Notes: generated from the letters alone by a model not told the origin. DNA of 63,847 nt, filler included, from Globobulimina sp. (GCA_003354225.1; 57 parts of 57 records of this genome joined end to end with filler, not necessarily neighbours in it), one strand, 5' to 3'. Shown: positions 37,093 through 48,590, counted from the whole stretch's first letter. Made by a program: numbers and translations.

Positions 37093-37848
37093 ATGACGTC
37101 AAATATAACGAAGATTCTCTATGTACATGGACTAGAAAGTGGTCCTGTTGGAACTAAGACCATTGTATTGAATAAAAACTCACGATTTCATGTTGATGCA
37201 GATGATATGTATATGTCACGTTATGATTTACGTAAAAAAAATTCAATGATTCGAAATGTAATTCGTCAACAAACAGTACCAATGATAGGTTGTACTGTTG
37301 CTATGATTGCTGCAATGAAAGGGATGTATCCACGGTTTATAATACCATCCGTTGGCTTATATGGCGGTGTAATGTATTATTACAGAGACCAACTATATAG
37401 AGATGGACTAAAAGCGTCATTGGAACAATGTATTGATGTCCAAGTCAATGCAATTAATAAATATAAACCAGATTTAATAATAGGTTCTTCATGGGGTGGA
37501 AATGTCACATTAGAATTGTTAAAAAGAAATCTATGGAATGGACCAACAATATTATTATGTCCAGCATATTATGCATATCAAAAATATATTAATTTTAATG
37601 AATATACAGAGTCGTTGGCTGAATTTGATGCAAAAACATTGAATTTACGCTTGCAAAATAAGAAAAAGCATCTAATTGTTCATGGAGATATTGATGAAGT
37701 GGTAAGTGTGGATCACTCACAATTGTTATATCAATTCAATCCAAATCAGTTTGATCTAACAATAGTTCCCAATGATGATCATGGATTGACTGCATTAGCA
37801 ACGAGCGGACACATATGTGACATTGTAAGCGAATACATGAGAAAATAA
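37093..37848 (+). CDS. Alpha/beta hydrolase (YqiA/UPF0227-like), complete and intronless
   Basis: HGLESG..G.K, GSSWGG (Ser), HGDIDEVV (Asp), DDHGL (His). Confidence 0.85.
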   Translation: MTSNITKILYVHGLESGPVGTKTIVLNKNSRFHVDADDMYMSRYDLRKKNSMIRNVIRQQTVPMIGCTVAMIAAMKGMYPRFIIPSVGLYGGVMYYYRDQLYRDGLKASLEQCIDVQVNAINKYKPDLIIGSSWGGNVTLELLKRNLWNGPTILLCPAYYAYQKYINFNEYTESLAEFDAKTLNLRLQNKKKHLIVHGDIDEVVSVDHSQLLYQFNPNQFDLTIVPNDDHGLTALATSGHICDIVSEYMRK

Positions 37849-38162
37849 AACAATAAGCAATCTACCTAACATTTCTTGCTTGTTCGGTGATTCGCATTAT
37901 TGCGGACTTATAAATTATAGACGTAGTTACGTACTCCAAGGCGGGACAGATTTCTTTATCCACAGATCCTTGTTATCAATAGATACACTCCATTGATTGG
38001 CTTGGAATTGTTTTTGAAATCTATCCAAAAAATCTTGTTTTGGATCCAAATTCTGATATTTTNNNNNNNNNNNNNNNNNNNNNNNNNNNNNNNNNNNNNN
38101 NNNNNNTTAATTAATTAANNNNNNNNNNNNNNNNNNNNNNNNNNNNNNNNNNNNNNNNNNNN

Positions 38163-38999
38163 CTTACCTTCATAAAAGGTGTTTTCTCTAGCCATTAAGC
38201 CTTCCCAGCCACCTTTTGCTGAAATAACTTTTTGTTCTTCAAATACCTTTTCGGTGTATTTGATTTGCTGTAATACATCAACGTGTTGCATATAACCAAT
38301 TATCGATTTTTGTAATCGCTCATATCGTTCCATTAATGTTTCAGTTGATGTTAAATTATTAAAGTCGGTTTCTGATATCATATCAAACACCTTGAACTTC
38401 GGGTTAGGTATTGTATAATTCTTACGTTTTACCGCGCCCACTATTCCTTGAAAATCTTCGTTTCCAAATTCATCTTCTAACACAATTTCTCCATCCAAAT
38501 ACACATTGCTGGATAATGGTTGAGGTGTTGGAGCTTTTAATAAATTATTAATTGCATCGGCATTTGCGTTATAAATATTATCTAATTCTGATTTAGATTT
38601 GGTTGATGTGGTTGATTGCGGTTTAATCGCGCCTAAGATTTCTTGTCTGATAACATCTAACGTATGAAACTCATTTCCGGCTCTTGAATAAAACTTAACG
38701 GTTTGTTTAGTAATATCAACTGCGCACAAGCATCGCACGCCATCTAATTTCCGTGAAATATACCAATCATTTTTTGATTTATTAATTCTCTTAACATCGA
38801 ATTTGTTCGCTAATGCAACTTTAAACACTGGAATGAGCCCTGGAAATATTTTATTTACCTCTGTCCTACCAAGTCTAATTTTTAATTTCTTATCCAGAAT
38901 ATCATATATCATAACCTTATGTTGTGGATATAAATTAATAAAATGTAATGCACATAATAATGCTGTATCGCCAGTAATTTTTCTATTAATCAACAGGTA
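38163..38999 (-). CDS. ATP-dependent DNA ligase (phage/giant-virus-like), internal fragment
   Basis: Motif I SRKLDGVRC, YSRAGNEF, motif III YLDGEI, IIIa FKVFD, IV WEGLMAR..YEGK. Confidence 0.9.
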
Positions 39000-39029
39000 T
39001 TAGACATACATCACACCACCGAAGGTATT

Positions 39030-39184
39030 AGTAATACTATTCTTGAGCGTTTGTATATTATTCCTATCATTCTCTTAATTGCAGGTATATTTATCCTTTT
39101 GATCACCAAACCGTTAAAACGGCTCACTGATAAAATTCAGTTACTAGAGCAAGGTAATTTTGAACAAGGTGTGAGAACAACATC
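39030..39184 (+). CDS. Bacterial TM + HAMP domain fragment (sensor/chemoreceptor)
   Basis: Hydrophobic helix followed by ITKPLKRLTDKIQLLEQGNF. Confidence 0.65.
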
Positions 39185-40190
39185 NNNNNNNNNNNNNNNN
39201 NNNNNNNNNNNNNNNNNNNNNNNNNNNNTTAATTAATTAANNNNNNNNNNNNNNNNNNNNNNNNNNNNNNNNNNNNNNNNNNNNCAATATTGATAATATT
39301 TTCTGTGAGGCACGCAGGCAATGCAAAAAAAAGTTTATTTTGCTGTTTTTGAAATTGTAAGGCGGGCAGGCAAGCACTTTATTACTAAAAAAAGTTTTTT
39401 AGTTAATCCTGACAATTAATGTCTGACAAGCCCAGTGAAAATGATGGAGAAGGAATATGGGAATGTAAATGTGGAAAAAAATATGAAACATCTGAGAATT
39501 TCTTTGCAAAGCAACAAACAGCAAAGGGAATATACCAATTTATTTATTCGTTATTGTTGAATTCTAAATTCACGAAATATATCTCTGAATTTAAGGTATT
39601 TTTGCTTCATTTGCAAAGCCAAAGTCTGGAGGTATACATATAGGTTGCACCACTTGCAAATCACATAAATATACAATAAAAAATACATCCGCTATATACC
39701 AGGCTAACAGTACCCAACCAAACAAAAAATACATTTACTACATTTAATCCAATTCGAATTGATATTTGCCGGAGGAAAATGGCCGGGATTTGTTTTAGCC
39801 CCAACAGCAGCACCAATCAGCGCGCCATCGACAAATTGTTTTACATCTCCATGTAACTTCGCCTGAAATTGCTGGGAAATGTAGCGTCTGTAATTTCGGC
39901 TAATATTGTTTTACAAGATGGGCACTGGAATTTGTATGAATTTGCTTGCGCCATAGTTGAAACATGAATACATGTATTAAAATCAGTAGGGATGTCTTGA
40001 TAATCATTAGAATGCTGCATTTTTATTGCGGCTGGTGCAGCCATATCAACGTACCGAGTTTTGATAATTTTGTTGCTCATCTTTTGAAGTTGCTTAGATG
40101 AAAACCAGCTTAAATAAATCTTTCCTTCCGACAGAGGATTAAAAACTCCGAGCAACAAATAATTAAATTCAGCAACGTTGTTTCGTCCAA

Positions 40191-40235
40191 TAGGCCTCCC
40201 CGATTAGTACTGATTTTTTTTTCTGTTCAAAAACG
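40191..40235 (+). repeat. Interspersed repeat end, copy 2
   Basis: 36/45 identity to 13321-13365. Confidence 0.6.
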
Positions 40236-40406
40236 CTTTCACTAAAAGTCACTAATGCTATCGAACAGGTCTGAAAAAATTGGAAAAAAAGAAGGAAATG
40301 ATTGGTNNNNNNNNNNNNNNNNNNNNNNNNNNNNNNNNNNNNNNNNNNNNTTAATTAATTAANNNNNNNNNNNNNNNNNNNNNNNNNNNNNNNNNNNNNN
40401 NNNNNN

Positions 40407-40651
40407 GGAGGAGGGATAAAGTGCTAATAATGGATAATGAACCACGTATATTGGAGACAGGCGATTGGATTGAGATTATATTGGATTTTAATCGTCAGAC
40501 GCTTAGTTTTGTGATGAATTGCGATAGTTGCTGTGTAATAGAAAATATTCAAACTACAAATAAAAAGTATAGATTAGCTGTTTCTATATCAAATATATCC
40601 ATTTCGTTAAAACAATTTCAGAATAATCCATTTCAAGCAATTTTGTCATAG
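40407..40651 (+). CDS. SPRY/B30.2 domain, C-terminal fragment
   Basis: GDWIEIILDFNRQTLSFVMN..KYRLAVSI. Confidence 0.7.
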
Positions 40652-40756
40652 ATATTGTTGTTCGGATGTTTGGATGTTTAATATGTGTTGCTTGCTTTAT
40701 TTTTACCTATCAATAAAAGTTTTTTAGGTTGACTCAATAACTCACTAACCAGTATC

Positions 40757-41365
40757 ATGGGCTGTATGCAGCAACGTCCACAAGGCACACCAGGATATGT
40801 GTCAAGCTCCCAATTGTATAGTTTGCTAGAATCAAAGTGTGCAGATTTACATAATACCATAATAATTGATGTTCGAGACGCATTGGTAGATTACGGTGGT
40901 GGGCACATAGAAGGACATATCAATATCTCTGACAATGATTTGCATCAAAAAATATCTGAGATAGTGAGCAAATATCATGATAAAAGAATAATATTTTATG
41001 ATATGTATGGCTCGAAAATAGGCCGCGCCATTGCCTGCAGTCGGGATTATGCCATTTGTAAAAAAGAAATTATATCGCATTATTCTCGCAAAACGCAGTC
41101 ATCATATTATTACATTCAGGATGGAGATGAAAAGGAGGCAAAAAGTGTTCCGCGAAGAGTGGAAATTGAGTGTAGTAAAGAAATCATTTCAGATTTATCC
41201 AAACAGCGAGTATTAGTGTTACAAGGCGGTGTTTTCGAATTAGTAAACAGTTCATTTTCAAATATGGTGCAGAATTTTGATCAATCCAAATGGGAGCAAT
41301 TGGAGTTAATGCAAGAGGTTTGCCCTTTTGAGAAGAGGAGGAATTATATTGAAAAAACTATATAA
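40757..41365 (+). CDS. Rhodanese/CDC25-ACR2-like domain protein lacking the catalytic Cys
   Basis: IIIDVRD..DY.GGHIEG..NI and VLVLQGG; IFYD sits at the FHC position; N-terminal MGC. Confidence 0.75.
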   Translation: MGCMQQRPQGTPGYVSSSQLYSLLESKCADLHNTIIIDVRDALVDYGGGHIEGHINISDNDLHQKISEIVSKYHDKRIIFYDMYGSKIGRAIACSRDYAICKKEIISHYSRKTQSSYYYIQDGDEKEAKSVPRRVEIECSKEIISDLSKQRVLVLQGGVFELVNSSFSNMVQNFDQSKWEQLELMQEVCPFEKRRNYIEKTI

Positions 41366-41527
41366 CTGGTTGTCGTGCTATCTGTTAAAAATTGAGTAAA
41401 AAAAATGATTTTATTCTAAATAGTCCANNNNNNNNNNNNNNNNNNNNNNNNNNNNNNNNNNNNNNNNNNNNTTAATTAATTAANNNNNNNNNNNNNNNNN
41501 NNNNNNNNNNNNNNNNNNNNNNNNNNN

Positions 41528-42440
41528 CGATATTTTCTTATTCTCCACACATTTGTCATTGTTGTTAATATCCATATCATTGTCTCATAATCCCTCCTTT
41601 TCACACGTATCCATTGCACTTTTATTGGTATCTAAATCCAAGATAGAATTATTTGTCAATAAACCTAAACAATATCCATTATCATAACACAGCAAACCGC
41701 CACTATGACCAGCATGGATATCTGCAGATGTTTTTAAAATAACAACATCAGTCTCATGTTCTACCACTTTTGATAAAATGCCGGCACTCACAAACGGCGA
41801 CAATCCGCGCGATGGATGAATTAAACCATAACCAATCACAAAAACGTTGCTTCTTTGTGCAAATATATTTTTATATTGTTTATTCAGATCAGATTTGCAT
41901 TTATAATTTACTTTGATTGGCTGCATAAATGCTTGATATTCCTCATTATATTCAATAATTCTGCACCAGGCCACATCCCACGGGGAATCCTCATGTGTTA
42001 CATATATTATTTTGCATTGCAACCATTTCCTGTTATTATCACCGATATAAATACCTATTTTCGGTGAATCATAACGCGATGTCCCTTTCAGTTGCACTCG
42101 CTTTACATAATCCTTTTCATTTAGGTTTGTCAGATATGGTCGGATAATATGTGCATTTGTCAATATATGGTCAGTGCCTATCAATACAGCACTGCCCCAA
42201 TGTGAGCCAATGCAAATTGGTAAGACGCTCTGTGTCGCTCTATATATCATTGAATTTATGGCAGAAGAATGAGAGGATTTGTTTGACGATGTATTTGATG
42301 ATGATAAATGCTGCACATTTGATGAAGCAAAATTATTCATCAACCATGAACATATGATATTGGATGGGATGATTGTGGTCAATGTGGCATTTTTGCCAAT
42401 CATCAATGGGATGGATAGCATACCAATGAATTGAAAAACG
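41528..42440 (-). CDS. Trypsin-like serine protease (TYSND1/DEG15-like), partial
   Basis: SHWGSAVLI..ILTNAHII (His), WDVA (Asp), IHAGHSGG (Ser), IGYGL..P.VSAGILSKVV. Confidence 0.8.
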
Positions 42441-42442
42441 CA

Positions 42443-42548
42443 ATGGATGAGAAGGAAACTGGCAAATCGGATTTTGATTTTATTACAATCAAAGTCGATG
42501 ACCGAACATTCAGGACATATCGCAAGACATTAACACAAGTCCAAGGGT
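42443..42548 (+). CDS. BTB/POZ (KCTD-type) N-terminal fragment
   Basis: Hand translation MDEKETGKSDFDFITIKVDDRTFRTYRKTLTQVQG. Confidence 0.55.
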
Positions 42549-42648
42549 NNNNNNNNNNNNNNNNNNNNNNNNNNNNNNNNNNNNNNNNNNNNTTAATTAA
42601 TTAANNNNNNNNNNNNNNNNNNNNNNNNNNNNNNNNNNNNNNNNNNNN

Positions 42649-43669
42649 ATCATCACACACATTTCAGGCAGAAACACGGCAACTTTTAGACATTGTATCC
42701 AAATCATTATACACTGATAAAGAAGTATTTTTACGTGAATTATTATCAAATGCATCCGATGCAATGGAAAAAGTGCGTTATAATGTCACTAAGGATTCCT
42801 CCAAAATTATAAATTCTGAATTACCGTTAGAAATAAATGTATTTACTGACAAAGAAAAAGGTCAAATTATAATACAAGTTTCGTCTGTTTTAACACTGAA
42901 ATTTCTATAAATTTCCCGAATAAATTTAAAAAAAAAAACTTTCTTTGCTTTATTTCAAAAACTCTGCACCATGCAACTACTTTGTAAAGGACACCGGAAT
43001 CGGTATGAACGAGCAAGAATTAATCGACAATGTCGGTACAATCGCACGTTCCGGTTCTAAAGCATTTGTACGTTCATTGTCAGACAGTGCAAGTGCTGGT
43101 ACTGCGAGTTCTGGAATCGGCGAACATATCATTGGCCAGTTTGGTGTTGGATTTTATTCTGTATTCATGGTCTCAGATAATGTCGAAGTATACTCCCAAT
43201 CTGCAAATATATGCGACAAAGACAATGCATATTATTGGGTCTCAGATGGTACCGGCTCTTATTCCTTGGCAAAAGCCAAAAATGTGGAAAGAGGCACCAA
43301 AATTGTGATCAATTTAAAAGCAGATTCAATCGAAGAATTTGCAGATAAACATCGCATTGAAGGCATCATTAAGAAATATTCCTCGTATTTGGAATACCCC
43401 ATCAAATTAAATGGCTCTTTAATAACCAGCGCCGGTGCAATCTGGGCGAGAATGCCCAAAGATGTGACAGAATTTGAACACAAAGAATTCTATCAATTAA
43501 TCTCAAATCGCTATGATGATCCATTGTATACTTACCATTCGCATTTTGATTCTGCCAAATTCTCTGCGCAAGTTTTGGTATATTTACCATCCACACATGA
43601 AGGTATTATGTGTTTCTATGTCGGATTTACTGTATATATTGTTAAAAACGAATGTTTTTTTTAGAGAAA
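42649..43669 (+). CDS. TRAP1: Mitochondrial-type Hsp90 (TRAP1/Hsp75), N-terminal ATPase domain, partial; introns 42878-42989 and 43603-43664
   Basis: FQAETRQLLDIVSKSLYTDKEVFLRELLSNASDA, IIQ/DTGIGM, GTIARSGSKAF, IIGQFGVGFYS; no charged linker. Confidence 0.9.
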
Positions 43670-43769
43670 NNNNNNNNNNNNNNNNNNNNNNNNNNNNNNN
43701 NNNNNNNNNNNNNTTAATTAATTAANNNNNNNNNNNNNNNNNNNNNNNNNNNNNNNNNNNNNNNNNNNN

Positions 43770-44790
43770 GGTTTTTACTGGATTTGCATCCGATGAATTT
43801 ATCCAAATACCAAAATTGTTGCATGCGACGCTTAAATATCTCTCAACCACTTATAATTTATCCGATATTAGTTCACCTTCCAAAGAGATTTATTCCGCAT
43901 TCAAATCCAAATTATCCATTTATTTTATCCTCAATGCATGGCAAAATGCGATGGACTTTGTTCTCTCTGCTTTGAACACTGTCCCATATTCCCCACGTTT
44001 TACCCGTTTATTAATCGGATGGGTACAAATGGTAAAAGCCAATATTCAAATGTTTCATAATAAAATCACGCCGTTCGCGCGCAAGCAACATACCAATGCC
44101 ATTATTTTCTGGTCGATAGTCATTAAAATCTTGAAGATGTATATGGCTAACAATAAGCCGATCTGTTTTCTGATGGATAATAATGCGGTGTTACATTCAT
44201 TCAATGATCATACTCAAAGAAACATTGTCCAATTCCTATTATGCACATTTGCGCAATTTAATTTGGATGAATTTGAAAAAGGGAAAAAGATTAACATCTA
44301 TATTGACGGCAAAAATCAAGTTTCCACTACGAGCCAATACCCTGAGGCTCACAAATCGACCGTCAAACCTGTCCCACATAAAAAAGAACGACGTCGTTAT
44401 GGCCATCGCAATGAGGATAATCGGGATGGGGCCAATCATCGTGGTGATAAATCAAGAGATGACATATCACGTCGCCGCAATCGTAAGCCGGCTTACTCCA
44501 ATCGCCCTCCATCGTATTATCAATCAAATGATAACATGTCGTTGCTACGCAATGTCACATGGGATTGCATGGAGGAATATGGCGCATCGTGCCCCAGTGA
44601 CATTTGTATGTTTTATTTTGGATTTGATGAATGTAAAAATCCACGCAATCAATGCGAGCCATCCCCAGAGGCGCGATTTAAACACAGATGCGCATTTCAT
44701 CCGGATCAACAACATTCATTTCGCAATTGCCAAACAGCCAAATTAAAACCTAATATTTATAAAAAATGCTTGGAAGCATTCGAATCTATT
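43770..44790 (+). CDS. Gag-like protein with Arg-rich tract and Cys/His finger (DIRS/Ngaro ORF1-like), partial
   Basis: R-rich region followed by IC.FY..EC..C..FKHRC..H...H....C. Confidence 0.4.
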
Positions 44791-44890
44791 NNNNNNNNNN
44801 NNNNNNNNNNNNNNNNNNNNNNNNNNNNNNNNNNTTAATTAATTAANNNNNNNNNNNNNNNNNNNNNNNNNNNNNNNNNNNNNNNNNNNN

Positions 44891-45908
44891 TTGGTGCTAA
44901 TAATACTAACGGAAGTATAATAATGCTATACTTTGAAACGCGTTGTACAAACCATAAACCAGTTTGCCACTGTGCTTGTAATATTAAATTGGAAACCAAT
45001 TTCATTAATCTTTGTGAAGTATAATATTTTTCGCACTCTCCAGCACCATAAAAAGCAATCGCTTCACTGTTGTCCCTCGTACGTATTACACCCGCACGGA
45101 AATCAGCGCTATATTTCGAATCTAAAAATGCCAGCAATGTTAATTTTGATACAAAAGCAATAACAGAAATAGCGACAGCCGCAGTTGCGATAACAAATCC
45201 ATATAAAATTAGTGTCGCGCCAATATACAACATAACTCCGCACCAACCAATCAATCTGAAAAATGCATAAATTATAAGTGTAGAAAAATTGACAACTCCC
45301 CATGTCCAACTCTCAACATCTTGGTCTAATCGCTGTCCTGGATTATCAACACTGTCATATGATAACATATGATAATAATTATAATTTGAATGATATTTAT
45401 TCAGTAACACTTTTGTCACTGCCTGGCGGAAACGGACATAAAGTAAGTTTGTTAAATAATGATCAAGTGTTAGTATTGGTATTGCTAATATAACTGTTAA
45501 TAAATACCAATTTACACATACTTTAAAGACATTTAGCTGTTTATGCTGTAATGCAGTCATAATCCAACCAAACGGAAAACTGATTGCTAATTCTAGGCCA
45601 ATAGCGATAAATAGCCATACCATTCGAAATATTACTAACCTCTTTATTGGATCACGCAAATGAGTTATGTAAAATGGATCATTTATTAATGTACTAAAAA
45701 TGTAATAAGAATCTTTATAAATTGATGTAAGTGTTCTAATTGATTTTAACATTGATTCAAAACATCCACTAACTTCGTCGCTATCAAAATCGTTTGCATC
45801 TGCATTGTTTTGATCAGCTTCACTTATCATTGGAAACACAAGATATTGTGGTATGCGTCGATTGTGTTTTCGAAAGTGTATAAATGAAGAGATTATGAGA
45901 GGTATCAC
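44891..45908 (-). CDS. ABC transporter subfamily D, transmembrane domain, 3' partial
   Basis: DNPGQRLDQDV loop, ADFR, and EAA-like RDNSEAIAFYGAGECE. Confidence 0.88.
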
Positions 45909-46011
45909 TCANNNNNNNNNNNNNNNNNNNNNNNNNNNNNNNNNNNNNNNNNNNNTTAATTAATTAANNNNNNNNNNNNNNNNNNNNNNNNNNNNNNNNN
46001 NNNNNNNNNNN

Positions 46012-47032
46012 TTTACATTAATTACATCTGGCTGCTGATGGCATGTTGGTGCATAAATATCATACATATCAAACCCTGCTGTTGGTATATAATCAAATGC
46101 TTTATTGCATGCATCCAAACATGCAGCACTTGGCTGGTCATATGCTGAGTTATTGCATGAAGCAATGAATCCACTCCAATTACATGCTTTATACGCATCC
46201 AAATATGCGGTTTGTGGCATCAATGCATGGCTCCATAAATACGTCAAATATGCAAAGTAATTTGGTCCAGTAAAACCTTTAGACATTAATACATTAAACA
46301 AATACACTAAAAATGAAACAAAAATACAACATAACCATTATTGGCACTTCTTGGATTTGTTATTAAGATTCCTTTGAGATTGAAGTCTTTGACCTTGTTT
46401 TGCTGAATTATAAAATTTGCTAATTGTGTGGTATAATGACCGCTATAACTCTCCTAAAGTGGATTGATGCAATTAATATTGTTGCATGTTGCGATAATTT
46501 GAAAAGAAAATGTTTTAACTTAACGCCCGTTAAATAGAATGGATTGCTGTTGAACGCTGTAAATACATTAAAGAATTGTTGTAGAAACATAAAATTAATT
46601 TGCTTTGTTTTTTCATCACTGCACTCATAGCCACTTGTTTTGTTGCTGTAGCTATATCCCACACCACTTGGAGTCTCCAAATAAATTACATTTGCAATCT
46701 TATTCCACGCATATTCGAAGTTGTCATTTACCCCAAATGCGAATTTCTGTAATTTAAATGGGCCATGTTCTTGGAAGAAGCCATATTCCTTTATTGTCAA
46801 AATGGAGTTAATATCAATTACAAGCGCAACAATTAAGGTACATATAAAGGTACTAAACAATGGATGAAGCGCCAGGGCCGCCATTGTTCCATATCACTAT
46901 AGGATCTGTGGATGGATTATTTTGTGATTCGACAAACCAAAAGAATAACGACGTTTCATCTGCATCAGGTAATGGCATATATCCTGCATACATTTTAAAT
47001 GGAATCTCTGAAAATGATCCATTGTACAATGG
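46012..47032 (-). CDS. Serine carboxypeptidase (S10), partial; introns 46789-46858, 46454-46524, 46277-46335
   Basis: Spliced: [72 protein letters not shown]. Confidence 0.93.
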
Positions 47033-47269
47033 NNNNNNNNNNNNNNNNNNNNNNNNNNNNNNNNNNNNNNNNNNNNTTAATTAATTAANNNNNNNNNNNN
47101 NNNNNNNNNNNNNNNNNNNNNNNNNNNNNNNNTCTTTGAGCTATCATCACAAGAAGAGATTTGTAGGTGGCAGCTGTCCACGGCGCTACGTACGCCGTAC
47201 CATAATAAATAGCAGCGGTTCCAATGGCTGCTGTACGTACCATAATAAATAAAAACTGTTCATCCACAC

Positions 47270-47711
47270 CATCACCAATATTAATCCTATCCCCTCCACA
47301 GCCAATTTGTCCACATCTATTATCACCAAATAACCAGCAATGTCCATCGAAATTCAATTTCTTTGGAAATATTTATGTTGTTTTACTCCAATTATTTGAT
47401 TTCTTGATGGCAATAACATTGTATTTGAATTACAATCATTCTCATTCCATTTATATAGGTACAATTTGTCCATTTTCATTACACCCAAACACAAATAATT
47501 TATAATCGCTGGAAAGGCATAAATTATGATTGGATCCGCAACAAATATCCATAATTATAATATTATTTTCTATTTGAATTAATTTGGGATAATAAATATT
47601 ATCATTATCAATCGATTCATATCCACATTGATTGAATGTATTATTTCCAAAGCCATAAATAAATCCATTTCCCATATACTTTATTAGTATGCATCGATCG
47701 ATGCATTCCAC
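47270..47711 (-). CDS. RCC1-repeat protein fragment, disrupted or chimeric
   Basis: IYGFGNN.FNQCG, DICCGSNHNLCL, VFGCNENGQ, WLFGDNRCGQIG. Confidence 0.7.
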
Positions 47712-47835
47712 AACCTGCCATAACCACAGCCATTATGGTTCCTTTTCATTCATATTATTAACATGTTCTTGCCACAGATATGGTGGCTCTTTCTTAACCA
47801 TATTATTACCACGTTTGGTGGCTGGTTATATATTT

Positions 47836-47938
47836 ATTCTCTCATTCTAGCCGCCTTAATATATTATATGACGGATTCTTTCTCATTATCGCCGCCTTAA
47901 TATATGACGGCATTCCTTCTCATTATCGCCGCCTTTAT
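47836..47938 (+). repeat. Imperfect 37-39 bp tandem repeat with internal dyad
   Basis: Units attc(t)ttctcattatcgccgccttaatatatgacgg start at 47836, 47875 and 47912. Confidence 0.75.
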
Positions 47939-48085
47939 GGCCATGCAGAAGGCCATCATAAAATTCATTTTTTAATTCATTTTTAATCCATTTTCAATCA
48001 CTTTTAACTCATAATATAGTAAATATACGGCATCGATAACCGTTTTAATTCATTATAATATCCAATTTTAATGCTTGTATTTTGT

Positions 48086-48153
48086 TGGAGTTGCCTCAGG
48101 ATTTGAACCTGAATCTCTGGACGCATCCAGTGTTCTGCTTGAGCTAGGCGACG
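48086..48153 (-). ncRNA. tRNA-like element (pseudo-tRNA or SINE head) with a 4-nt anticodon loop
   Basis: GTCGCC TA GCTC AAGCA GAAC A CTGGA TGCG TCCAG AGAT TCAGG TTCAAAT CCTGA GGCAAC TCCA; cloverleaf with A-box-like and B-box sequences. Confidence 0.7.
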
Positions 48154-48359
48154 NNNNNNNNNNNNNNNNNNNNNNNNNNNNNNNNNNNNNNNNNNNNTTA
48201 ATTAATTAANNNNNNNNNNNNNNNNNNNNNNNNNNNNNNNNNNNNNNNNNNNNTGTTGAACAAAATTCACAACATGTTCAACATGTTGCTGACCCACAGA
48301 ATGAAAATCTCTTAGAAAGTGTCCACACTCTTCAATAAAAAACTAGTTAATTAAAAAAA

Positions 48360-48590
48360 AACAAACAAAAACAAAACAAAAAAAAGCTATAAAAATAAGA
48401 GAAATGTATGGTACATATTATACTATTTAAACAAAAACAAAACAAAAAAAAGCTATTAAAAACTAGAGAAATGTATGTTACATTATGTAGTTATTATTAT
48501 TCAACAAAAACAAAAAAAAAAGCTATAAAAATAAGAGAAATGTAATTATTGTAGTTATACTATTTAAACAAAAACAAAACAAAAAAACAA
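48360..48590 (+). repeat. A-rich ~65-75 bp imperfect tandem repeat, ~3.5 copies
   Basis: Repeated aaacaaaaacaaaa..gctataaaaataagagaaatgta. Confidence 0.8.

Noticed and set aside
39700-40158. Yippee/Mis18-like CxxC pair
   Set aside because: The two CxxC motifs are separated by a stop, and the intervening sequence does not match convincingly.
42421-42548. Head-to-head protease and BTB genes sharing a tiny promoter
   Set aside because: The protease frame is cut mid-protein at the junction, consistent with a chimera.
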